A stretch of 64,000 nt of DNA from Oculatellaceae cyanobacterium bins.114. GTDB taxonomy: Bacteria; Cyanobacteriota; Cyanobacteriia; Elainellales; Elainellaceae. The notes beneath the pieces were generated by a model that made no database searches, was not told the origin of the DNA, and saw only the letters and a list, made by a program, of their open reading frames with translations. The translations under genes and the position numbers were made by a program. Positions 8,295 through 17,630 of the stretch are shown here, one piece after another. Each line of letters starts with the position of its first letter. Position 1 is the first letter of the stretch. The DNA lies in assembly GCA_033764315.1 (NCBI GenBank), contig JANRJA010000056.1:1-64000 (forward strand). The letters run 5' to 3'.

Positions 8295-10217
8295 ATGAAT
8301 GCAGACAATAAAAGCGTCATATTGGCGGAATCTTCAAGGTTAATTGGGCAAATTGGCAACAATCTTGTCCTCAATCTGCATATCCGAATTCGCGAGATTG
8401 AGGCACTGACCCGAACTATTGGAGCACTTGTCGAAGGCTTACCCAAATCAGAAGACTTATTTCAACAGATCTTGCCAACTCTAATCAATTTTCAAGGCGA
8501 TATTGGAGTTGCAGGGGGTGGAGTTTGGCCTGAGCCCTATGCATTTTCGTCAGAGCGTGAAAGGAGAAGCTTTTTTTGGGGTCGCAATCAGGATGGGGAG
8601 TTTCAATATTTTGATCATTACAATCAACTAGCCCCTGGATATCACCAAGAAGCCTGGTATGTTGTGGGGCGTTATGCTAGACCGGGGCAGTGTGTCTGGA
8701 GCAAATCCTATATGGATCGGTACTCGTGTCAACCAATGGTGACTTGCACCAGTCCTACATTTGAGCAAGGACAATTTACAGGTGTTGTAACTATTGATTT
8801 AAAGTTAGAGAATTTACAAAACACAGCTGAAAGCTGGCGTAAAAGAACAGGTGGCTACGTTTTCATTCTCGATCAATTGAATAAATTCATCACATTTCCT
8901 CAACCCTCTCTCGTTAAAAAGGCACCTGAAGAAAGAGGAAACTGTCAAACTGAAGATTTGATGTTAATTAATGAATTTGTTCAAAAAGAACCTTTGTTTG
9001 AGCCGATCGCCGCTGCTGTTGACGAAATGAGTCAGGCTATCATTCGACAAGCCAAAGAGATGCCGCATTTCAAATTAGAAACGGCTGCTGAAATTGAGCG
9101 ATCGGGACATCACATTAACCCGTCAGAAGCAGAGCTAATAGCAGCTGTTATGATGAGTCCTTTTAAGGAAGTCGATCGCACAACCTATCTCTATAAAACT
9201 ATTAGTATTGAAAACGACTTTTTATTAAAAGAAGTATGTACTGTTTTTCTATTTCATGTGCCCCGTGCTTATTGGAAAATTGTAGTAGTCAAACCATTTT
9301 CAGAAGCGGCAATTGAAACCTACAGCGTAATTCAGTCTGAAAAGAGATCGAGTTTAGGGCAGTTGGTTGCGGGTGTAGCACATGAAATTAACAATCCTAT
9401 TAACTACATTTATGGCAACATCGACTATGCCAATGCTTACATTAAAGATTTACTAGAGTTAATCGATCTCTATCAACAACACTATCCTGATGCCAACCCC
9501 GATATTCAACAGTATTTAGAAACCAAAGATTATCAGTTTCTTATTCTCGATCTACCTAAAATCTTGAGTTCAATGCGAGTGGGTGCCGATCGCATTCGTC
9601 AAATTGTGTTGTCACTCCGTAACTTTGCTCAGCTCGATGAAACCGCTGTCAAAGCTATTGATTTGCACGAAAATATCGACAATACTTTGCTTTTGCTTGA
9701 GCCTCGACTCAAGGCAAAGGGTCGTTATCCAGGTGTTGAAGTGATCCGAAATTATGACAATTTACCCTTAGTAGAGTGTTATCCATCTCCCCTTAATCAG
9801 GTGTTTATGAACATTTTGATTAATGCGTTAGATGCCCTAGAAGAAGAATTTAAAGCCCACCAAGCTATGATTGCTAGCACTCAGTTAGAACTCTCTAAAA
9901 CATTAGGTTCAACTGTTCTACCAGAAGCAATTGATGCATATTCAAAAGCACCGTTTTTACAAATTAAGACTGAAATTGTCAATGGCTCTCACGTGGCGAT
10001 TCATATCATTGATAATGGCCCTGGCATTCCAGACCTATTACAAAAGCATTTGTTTGATCCATTTTTCACGACGAAACCTGCTGGTAAAGGAACAGGATTA
10101 GGGTTAGCGATCTGTCACCAAATTGTGACTGAAAAACATGCAGGTAATCTACGGTGCTTCTCAACCGTTGGGCAAGGGACAGAGTTTTTGATTGAAATTC
10201 CCATTCGAGTGCGTTAG
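8295..10217 (+). CDS. Sensor histidine kinase with Cache/PDC-like domain and no TM helices
   Basis: Cache-like segment (GGGVWPEPY, EAWY, WSKSYMD, MVTCTSP, GVVTID); H-box AHEINNP, N-box NQVFMNILINA, DNGPG, DPFFTTK, GTGLGL. Confidence 0.9.
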   Translation: MNADNKSVILAESSRLIGQIGNNLVLNLHIRIREIEALTRTIGALVEGLPKSEDLFQQILPTLINFQGDIGVAGGGVWPEPYAFSSERERRSFFWGRNQDGEFQYFDHYNQLAPGYHQEAWYVVGRYARPGQCVWSKSYMDRYSCQPMVTCTSPTFEQGQFTGVVTIDLKLENLQNTAESWRKRTGGYVFILDQLNKFITFPQPSLVKKAPEERGNCQTEDLMLINEFVQKEPLFEPIAAAVDEMSQAIIRQAKEMPHFKLETAAEIERSGHHINPSEAELIAAVMMSPFKEVDRTTYLYKTISIENDFLLKEVCTVFLFHVPRAYWKIVVVKPFSEAAIETYSVIQSEKRSSLGQLVAGVAHEINNPINYIYGNIDYANAYIKDLLELIDLYQQHYPDANPDIQQYLETKDYQFLILDLPKILSSMRVGADRIRQIVLSLRNFAQLDETAVKAIDLHENIDNTLLLLEPRLKAKGRYPGVEVIRNYDNLPLVECYPSPLNQVFMNILINALDALEEEFKAHQAMIASTQLELSKTLGSTVLPEAIDAYSKAPFLQIKTEIVNGSHVAIHIIDNGPGIPDLLQKHLFDPFFTTKPAGKGTGLGLAICHQIVTEKHAGNLRCFSTVGQGTEFLIEIPIRVR

Positions 10218-10287
10218 ATGTTTGGCATCTTAGTTTTTGATTAAGGTGCGTTGACTAGAGCGATACCAAAGCTGAGAATGACTGGGA

Positions 10288-11652
10288 ATGCAAATTTGGC
10301 TAACAAGAATGCTTTGGCGTAACGGATTGGGTTGGCAAAACGTGCTCCCGCGAATGGCTCATCTGCTCAAGACACTATCACTTGTCTTGATGTTTGGTGC
10401 TTGTCTCATGGTTTTGACCGCTTGTCAACCAAACAGGGGCGATCGCCCTTCCTCTGTTGCTTCAGCGGTGACTCACCTGACGTTGTGGCACGGCATCAAT
10501 CCTCCTCCTAATCGCGATGTATTTCAGAAGTTGGTGGATCAGTTCAACCAGACCCATCCTCAGATTCAAGTCGAGTCGCTTTATGTGGGGCAATCTGATC
10601 AGCAGATGCCCAAGATTTTGGCCGCCGTTGTGGGCAATGCCTCTCCCAACATGCTGTGGTATCCACCCATGCTCACGGGGGAGTTAGTGGAATTGCAGGC
10701 CATTCGACCGATTGAAGACTGGTTAACGACAAATCCGATTCAGGCTGAGATTGACCCGGTGTTATTTGAATCTATGCAGTTTGAGAACCACCTCTGGTCA
10801 GTACCATTTGGAGTGAATAATGTTGGAATTTTTTATCGCCCCAGTCTATTTGAAGCCGCAGGAATTACTCAACTGCCAAAAACGTGGGATGAATTGAGAC
10901 AAACCGCCAAAGCCTTGACTCATCATGGTCCTGGTCAAGACCAATATGGCATGGTGTTGCCGTTGGGCAAAGGGGAATGGACAGTGTTTACCTGGCTCCC
11001 GTTTATGTGGAGTGGAGGTGGGGAGTTAACGCCACCTGAGTCACCAGGAGTTGAGGTAGAGAATTCAGGGGCGATCGCCGCTTTGCATTTGTGGCAAGAC
11101 TTATTAAAAGATGGCTCTGCCATTTTGTCTCAACCGGAACGGGGCTTTGAGTTAGATGGGTTCCTCAAAGGGCGAGTGGCGATGCAACTGACGGGTCCCT
11201 GGACGTTGGGGCAACTGGCAGGCACCGATGTTGACTTTGGGGTCATGCCTATTCCTGCTGATGTCAAATCCGCAACGGTTGTGGGTGGCGAGAACCTATT
11301 TATTTTCAAAACCACTCCCCAAGAAGAACAGGCTGCTTTAACCTTTGCCGAGTATGTGTTGAGTGAACCCTTTCAAACTCAATGGGCGATCGGTACAGGG
11401 TATTTACCTGTCAATTTGCGATCGCGCCAAAGCCAAGCATATCAAGCATTTATTGCTCAACAACCCGCTGTGCAAGTGTTTCTAGACCAGGCAGACCATG
11501 GGCGATCACGTCCCATTGCACCGGGCTACAACCGGATTTCAGAAAGCTTAGGACGGGCGATCGAGGCTACGTTGTTAGACAAAAGCACTCCCGAAGCCGC
11601 CCTAAACACCGCACAACAGAGGCTAGATCTGATCTTTGGCACGAGACAATAG
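10288..11652 (+). CDS. ABC transporter sugar-binding lipoprotein
   Basis: Lipobox VLTAC and SBP family 1 motifs (LPKTWDEL, GRVAMQLTGPW, TGYLP). True start may be slightly downstream. Confidence 0.9.
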   Translation: MQIWLTRMLWRNGLGWQNVLPRMAHLLKTLSLVLMFGACLMVLTACQPNRGDRPSSVASAVTHLTLWHGINPPPNRDVFQKLVDQFNQTHPQIQVESLYVGQSDQQMPKILAAVVGNASPNMLWYPPMLTGELVELQAIRPIEDWLTTNPIQAEIDPVLFESMQFENHLWSVPFGVNNVGIFYRPSLFEAAGITQLPKTWDELRQTAKALTHHGPGQDQYGMVLPLGKGEWTVFTWLPFMWSGGGELTPPESPGVEVENSGAIAALHLWQDLLKDGSAILSQPERGFELDGFLKGRVAMQLTGPWTLGQLAGTDVDFGVMPIPADVKSATVVGGENLFIFKTTPQEEQAALTFAEYVLSEPFQTQWAIGTGYLPVNLRSRQSQAYQAFIAQQPAVQVFLDQADHGRSRPIAPGYNRISESLGRAIEATLLDKSTPEAALNTAQQRLDLIFGTRQ

Positions 11653-11690
11653 CCTTTCACCCCCTCACAGTTTCTCTCCCACTCATCTCT

Positions 11691-14600
11691 TCACTCTCCT
11701 GAGCAGGTTGCCGCATTGTCTGGAGGAGCATAGGGAGTCGCATGGCTTGCTTGAGCTATCAACATCACGTTGCCATCGGCACCCATTGCCCATCCTTGGG
11801 CTTCTACAATCGGCTCAGAGGGACGGGTCGTTGCTGCTGTTGAAAACACTGTATGCGTTGAATCAGTCATCTCCTCAGCAAGCGGGCTCTCCCAATCGAC
11901 AATAATGGCTTCCCCGATCAACGGATCGGTTGGACTAGGTGGCAATCCACCTCGCCCGGTGATCAAAAATTCGCCTCTGTTACGGGCAACTGCGGTGCCT
12001 CTAGCGGAGCAATCTTGAGCAATTTGTCGAGAAACATCTACTATGCCAGTCGGCAACTCAACCAGTCCTCGATTAGGGTCAACGTCTAGCGTTGTAATCT
12101 CAATTTCCCCATCAACCCCGATCTGAGAACTCGCATTAATCTCACTGCGAAATGTATCCTGGTCATTCTCAATTAACCCAAAGATTCCTTGAGTGCTGAT
12201 ATTGATATTGCCGCCTCGACCCTGAAATGCATTGGCAATAATATCGCTATCTTCATTGGGAACCGCAACGACATAGCCTCCACCTGCATCAATTTCAATG
12301 TTACCTCCGTTGCCGTCACTAAAGGCACGGGTCGAAATTTGGCTACCGTTACGCAAGATTAAGAAATTTAGTCCCCTGAGTTGAATGTTGGCTTGATTAG
12401 CTCCTGTAGCGGCAGTTTCTGCATCTAAGGCTCCTCGATCCAGGCGAATTTGGTCTGCTGCAACGACCAAGTTACCTGCTTGCCCCCGTCGCCCACTCAC
12501 GGTCACACTGGCTCCATCGTTGACCCTCAACCGTCCGGTGCGGATGCGTAAGTCTCCAGCAATGCCATTGTTTCCGGTTGCTTCTACCGCTAGTTCCCCA
12601 GTGCCGTTAAGTTGTACGGTATCAGCTGCATCCACGGTCAAGCTGCCTGCTCGTCCGGTTTGGGTCGACGCAGTGATTTGGCTGTTGTTGACGGTCAATG
12701 TCTCTAAGCCGTGCAACCGAATGTTGCCAAAGTTGCGAGCAGTACTAGCTGTGGGTAAAAAGGAGCGATTGGCTGCCGAGATGCGGGCTCCATTTTGCAA
12801 GGTTAACTGTTGAGCATTCACTTCAATATTGCCTGCTGAGCCAGTTTCAGTAGCTTCTACAAACAAGCCACCCGTTCCGTTGAGTAGGATCTCTCCACCG
12901 GTTGCCCCAATGTCTAGCGAACCACCGCGTCCGGTTTGAGTTGAGGCAGATATCCGGCTATTTGTCAGGTTTAGCCCTTCTATTCCTTGGAGGGTGATGT
13001 CTCCTCCTAACCCAAAAACAGATGATGCAAAGATTCCGGTTGGGTTTGAGCTTTCAGGCACGTCATCTAAAACCAGTTGTCGAACAGCGATCGCTGCACT
13101 TCCAGCATCACCAGTGTCAGTGGCTGTAACCGATAAGCGACTGCCCCCACTCAAACGAATCAAGTTAGTTGGTTCTATAGTTGTCTGTTGTTGGCCAATG
13201 CCTCTAGCATCAATGGTGAGGTTGCCGCCACTGCCTGACACCGTTGATGCCGAGATCTGACTCCCTCGGGTCAATTGCAGCGAATTGCGGATGCCGAGAT
13301 GGATGTTGCCCCCTCGGCCGGTGTTGGTTTCTGCTGTGAGTCTTGCTTGATTATCTAATACAACATCACGAGAAATCACTCGCAAGTCACCTGCTATGCC
13401 ACTTGGTCCACCGCTCACACTAATCGTCCCACCGTCAACAACCGTTAAACGAGCCGTGTTGACAATTAAATCCCCGGCTTCTCCACCACGAGTTGTATTG
13501 GCTAACAATCCAGTATTGCTATCTCCGTCACCTCGAATATCAATCGACTCCCTTGCGTTGACCATCAGAGTACCGCCGCGCCCAGTGCCTAAAATGTTTG
13601 ACCCAATTGAGCCACCCTGTCTTAACAAGATGCGATCGGCATTGACAGTCAAATCCCCTGCTGGTCCTGTCGTTATTGAGCTAGAGGTGATCACGCTTCG
13701 CACGACACCTGTTGAGTTAGCCCCTCTCACTTCTACTTCTCTAGCATTAATCGTCGTTTGTCCTCCGCGCGCCCCTATGAATGTATTGGAAGTAATCACA
13801 CCCCCTCGATCAACCAGCAACCGATCAGTATTGATGACAATGTTGCCTGCATCACCTTCTAGAGATAGAGCAGCAGCGATTGTTGATAAAGAGCTGATTC
13901 CATTTAGCTCTACTCCTAATCGTCCTGGTAGAAGTGGATTGGATCCATTTCCCTCAACCGTAACTCCGCCACTAACCTCAACATAATCTGAAGCATTAAC
14001 GGTCAAAGTTGCACCATCTCCCGTCGCCGTGAAAGTACTACCAGAGCTAATCCTCCCCCCGTCACTCGCAATCAGACGTCGGGTGGTGATGTTGATAGGG
14101 CCAGCATCACCTGCCCCTAATGTGCTGGAATTAATCACGCTGCGGTAAGGGACTCGAATATCAAACGGTAGGAGAGCCGTTTCATACACACCTGGTCGAT
14201 TGGTCGCTCCCAGAACTTGTAACGACTCATCGGCGTCAATGATAATTGGGCTTCCTGGTAAGGCACCCAGAGTATTGGAGTTAATCCCCGCGCCTCCCGT
14301 GAGAATAACGTTGCGCCCTTGAACTCGAATCTCACCGCCGCCTACCCCACTAGTGTTAACCTCGGCTAGATCGGTTAAGCGAATGTCTCCAAACGCAGTG
14401 CCGTTTGGATAGCCCAACTGAAAGCTAGAGCCAAACGGAATCAGGTTGACCTGGCTATTGGCTCCAACGCTGCCCAACTCAATCTGTCCACCAGCGGCAG
14501 TCAGGTCGCCCCCATCTAACAAAATGTCGCCACCAATCAATGAAAGGGTTTGCCCAGCAGCAACTTGTAACCCCGTGCGAGTTGGCCCTTGAAATCCAGG

Positions 14601-15164
14601 TGAGGTAATTTGTGATTGATTGACAATGCTGCCGGGGTTAGCACCAAATCCCAAGCCGATGGGAACGCTAATTGTCAATAGGGGTGATGTTTGGGGTTCA
14701 GACGCGCTAAATGAGGTGCCATCCGAGAAGAGAAGGCGATCGCCCGTGCTGGCAAAAAAAGAGCCCCCTATATTGAGAGCTGCATTGGGTCCAAACAAAA
14801 TGCCGTTGGGGTTGAGCAAAAACAAATTAGCCGTCCCATTGGCTTGAATTGTTCCATCAATGTTGGAGATGGATCGCCCTGTGACACGACTAAAGATGTT
14901 TTGAATATTGGTCGCGTTGTTAAAGTGGGCTGTAGTCCCTGTGGTGAGCGAAAACTGATCAAAGCTATGGAAGAGATTGCTACCTGCGGTTGTGCCATCG
15001 TCGATCTGAATAATGTTGCCGTTTTGATTAACCCTGGAATTTGTGGGTAGGGTGCGATCGGGAATAACTTGGGCGATCGCCTCCGATGAACCAACAACAG
15101 ACGACAAAAAAACGAATAGAACAAAACGGGCGGCAACAGGCAAACCAAAAAAAAATCTCTTCAC
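11691..15164 (-). CDS. Filamentous haemagglutinin family (TpsA-like) exoprotein
   Basis: Signal peptide (AIAQ), TPS domain NLFHSF..F, NLFLLNPNGI; G.AG.(I/L).I beta-helix repeats; cyanobacterial C-terminus F.ITGRGGLP...EAQGW. Confidence 0.92.
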   Translation of the reverse strand: MKRFFFGLPVAARFVLFVFLSSVVGSSEAIAQVIPDRTLPTNSRVNQNGNIIQIDDGTTAGSNLFHSFDQFSLTTGTTAHFNNATNIQNIFSRVTGRSISNIDGTIQANGTANLFLLNPNGILFGPNAALNIGGSFFASTGDRLLFSDGTSFSASEPQTSPLLTISVPIGLGFGANPGSIVNQSQITSPGFQGPTRTGLQVAAGQTLSLIGGDILLDGGDLTAAGGQIELGSVGANSQVNLIPFGSSFQLGYPNGTAFGDIRLTDLAEVNTSGVGGGEIRVQGRNVILTGGAGINSNTLGALPGSPIIIDADESLQVLGATNRPGVYETALLPFDIRVPYRSVINSSTLGAGDAGPINITTRRLIASDGGRISSGSTFTATGDGATLTVNASDYVEVSGGVTVEGNGSNPLLPGRLGVELNGISSLSTIAAALSLEGDAGNIVINTDRLLVDRGGVITSNTFIGARGGQTTINAREVEVRGANSTGVVRSVITSSSITTGPAGDLTVNADRILLRQGGSIGSNILGTGRGGTLMVNARESIDIRGDGDSNTGLLANTTRGGEAGDLIVNTARLTVVDGGTISVSGGPSGIAGDLRVISRDVVLDNQARLTAETNTGRGGNIHLGIRNSLQLTRGSQISASTVSGSGGNLTIDARGIGQQQTTIEPTNLIRLSGGSRLSVTATDTGDAGSAAIAVRQLVLDDVPESSNPTGIFASSVFGLGGDITLQGIEGLNLTNSRISASTQTGRGGSLDIGATGGEILLNGTGGLFVEATETGSAGNIEVNAQQLTLQNGARISAANRSFLPTASTARNFGNIRLHGLETLTVNNSQITASTQTGRAGSLTVDAADTVQLNGTGELAVEATGNNGIAGDLRIRTGRLRVNDGASVTVSGRRGQAGNLVVAADQIRLDRGALDAETAATGANQANIQLRGLNFLILRNGSQISTRAFSDGNGGNIEIDAGGGYVVAVPNEDSDIIANAFQGRGGNINISTQGIFGLIENDQDTFRSEINASSQIGVDGEIEITTLDVDPNRGLVELPTGIVDVSRQIAQDCSARGTAVARNRGEFLITGRGGLPPSPTDPLIGEAIIVDWESPLAEEMTDSTHTVFSTAATTRPSEPIVEAQGWAMGADGNVMLIAQASHATPYAPPDNAATCSGE

Positions 15165-15206
15165 AGTGAATACAGCTAGGGGGTCAGGATAATCCCTATA
15201 TTTAAA

Positions 15207-17498
15207 CTATCTGTTTTGATGCGCTTGTTCCCACTTCTGATACACCGCTTCAAACAAATTCTCGATTTTTTCCCTGGTTTCTACTGAGATGCACTGCTTC
15301 TGAATCTGGTGATCAAGCCATGTCTGCACTTGAGGATCATAGTCCTGTCGTACGTCATAGGTAGTTGGGGTAGGCGATGGGCTGGGCGATCGCGGTGGGA
15401 GCCAAGTAGTATGCAACGTAAAACCAAGATGCAACTGAGGATGACTGAGCCGACAGAGCGGTTCTCCCCCTAGATTATCCTTCTCAGCATCAAAAATCCA
15501 GATCTCGCTGTTGTTTTGTCGGGGTTGCTCATCAAGGGGGCAATCACAATCGCTTGGCGTAATCACGACACAAACGATATAACCTTGTCTGGAACCTGTT
15601 GAATTTGCCTTGGGAATAAATTGAGCAGATGTGCCTAAATATCCTTTTGGAAACTGATAAGAATCCATCAGTTGAATACCAACGGGTAAACCCTCTACAT
15701 CTCGTTCAATATGTACTCGGCAAAGATTAGAAGGAATACCCTTTAGAGCAATTTCAAATAGGGTTTTATCAGTACTCCTAGATATTTCAGAAAGAGGTTG
15801 TTCAACACCTCCATCCACCAAATCATCAGAGTTTTTAACTGGAATCTGCCGATCTTCATAATCTTTATACAAACTCAAAATATGTTGTGAAAGTGTGTCA
15901 GTCCAACAACCCCAACTATTCCAATAAATGTCATCAAATCGGGCTGAATGTTGTTCATTTCGACAGGCATAAAATGCAGTAGCCCATGTTTTCTCAACAT
16001 CATACTTAGTGTAAGGAATCACTTTCTGATTGTCTACATCAATAACATAACATCCCACTCGATTGACATCGGTTGGGCCACAAATTGAGCCAGCTAATTG
16101 TCTCAAACTACGAGTAATTCCTAAATCTTTGTAGATTGACAAATCGCTAATTCTCAATGTTTCTGATGGGTCAGTCGCACAAATATGAGCCGCATGAAGC
16201 ACAATTTTACCATCAGGGTTCTCATAATCAACGATGTAATGAGTCATCGGATATTCAAGTTTGAAGTGCTGTGCCTTGACTCGCTTTTTACTGGGAACCA
16301 GATCCGCTCGACGAACAATGTAGAGATTCGTTTCAGGATAAGCCGCATAGTCGAACAAATACATGATTAACAGCAAAACCTGATTTGCAATGTCATCATG
16401 TAAAAAAGGAATAACTTCACTTAAATCAAACTTGAATGCCGTGTCAGTCAAGATTACAAAATCTCTTGTTAACGCCATTTGGTGTAACGTCTGGTGAATT
16501 TTGATGGGATATCCCTTTGAGTTAACAACCTTCCATTGATCCAGTGTCTTTGTTTTTTCGGAGGCAAATGGCTTACCATCCCACCGCAACAAATAAACAG
16601 CATCCCCTTTACCAAAGAACAAATTGATGAAGAAGTGAAAGATATCATCAATCGCCAAAAAAATGTTAAGAGACACAGCGATCGCTCTCAGTCTTCGCTT
16701 CAATGGAGATGCCTTTACACTCTCTAATAATTTTTCAAGGCGAAGCTTAAGCGATCGTGATAGCCACAAAATTGTGGAGATTGACTTGCTGACATTAACA
16801 GTAAAAAACTCACCATTTTGTTTCTCTCCACCTTGCGGATCGAAACAAGGGTGAGATGTGGACATCACTTGCGAAAAAGGCAGATTGCCCGTGAGAGATG
16901 TAGTAGCATTCCATTCATCATTCCAACCGATCGGAGCAACCAATTCGAGTGTGTCAGGATCAATTTCAAAATGACGACCTGTATCCCATGTGATTAACAA
17001 CCTCTCTTGATCATTAGTTGAAAACTTAAAGGGAACAAAAGCGGTATTGAGTTGATTACGAATTCCTAAACTAACAAAAGTATCTTTAACAAATGAGAGC
17101 CGTCCATACCCAAAGTTCTTAAATTTAAGGTCTTGAAACTGTTCCTCAGTCTGCGTCAATTCATCCGCATAATAACAGGGCGGTTTAACGATTCGGGTTT
17201 TGACAGTGGCTTTTCCCTCCACAAAATCAACTCGATAAACCATGCCATCCCCGTTAAATAACGGAGTCAAACCATCAGCAGCAGGTAATGCAATATGTTC
17301 ATTTTTTTCTGGGTCAGGGCGATAGGAATCTAGCGTGCCTGCTGGGGCAGTCAAAAAGAAATGACCTTCTAAATCAGGGGGTAAAGTTGTATCTTTGATG
17401 CCACAGGCTCTCTTGACATTGAGTTGGAGATGGTCAATCTCTTTACGGCTGACTGAAAGAATAGCCTTTGGAAAAAATTGATACTCTGTATAGCTCAT
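15207..17498 (-). CDS. Carotenoid oxygenase (RPE65 family) protein, copy 2
   Basis: FNGDGMVYR and four candidate Fe-ligand His (TSHP, LHQM, THY, TLHTTW). Confidence 0.88.
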   Translation of the reverse strand: MSYTEYQFFPKAILSVSRKEIDHLQLNVKRACGIKDTTLPPDLEGHFFLTAPAGTLDSYRPDPEKNEHIALPAADGLTPLFNGDGMVYRVDFVEGKATVKTRIVKPPCYYADELTQTEEQFQDLKFKNFGYGRLSFVKDTFVSLGIRNQLNTAFVPFKFSTNDQERLLITWDTGRHFEIDPDTLELVAPIGWNDEWNATTSLTGNLPFSQVMSTSHPCFDPQGGEKQNGEFFTVNVSKSISTILWLSRSLKLRLEKLLESVKASPLKRRLRAIAVSLNIFLAIDDIFHFFINLFFGKGDAVYLLRWDGKPFASEKTKTLDQWKVVNSKGYPIKIHQTLHQMALTRDFVILTDTAFKFDLSEVIPFLHDDIANQVLLLIMYLFDYAAYPETNLYIVRRADLVPSKKRVKAQHFKLEYPMTHYIVDYENPDGKIVLHAAHICATDPSETLRISDLSIYKDLGITRSLRQLAGSICGPTDVNRVGCYVIDVDNQKVIPYTKYDVEKTWATAFYACRNEQHSARFDDIYWNSWGCWTDTLSQHILSLYKDYEDRQIPVKNSDDLVDGGVEQPLSEISRSTDKTLFEIALKGIPSNLCRVHIERDVEGLPVGIQLMDSYQFPKGYLGTSAQFIPKANSTGSRQGYIVCVVITPSDCDCPLDEQPRQNNSEIWIFDAEKDNLGGEPLCRLSHPQLHLGFTLHTTWLPPRSPSPSPTPTTYDVRQDYDPQVQTWLDHQIQKQCISVETREKIENLFEAVYQKWEQAHQNR

Positions 17499-17630
17499 AG
17501 GGATTACGAGTTAGTAGATGACAAATCCAGATATCTCAGCTTACCTTTTAAGACTAAATGCCTTAGAAGTGTATTAACTTAATACATCTTTCTTGAAAGG
17601 CTGAAATTTTGAGTTTTCAAAACCATATTG

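Noticed and set aside
11770..15148. Multiple ORFs overlapping the haemagglutinin gene, mostly antisense (likewise within the phosphatase and phosphoketolase genes)
   Set aside because: Shadow ORFs of long codon-biased genes, with no motifs or RBS support.
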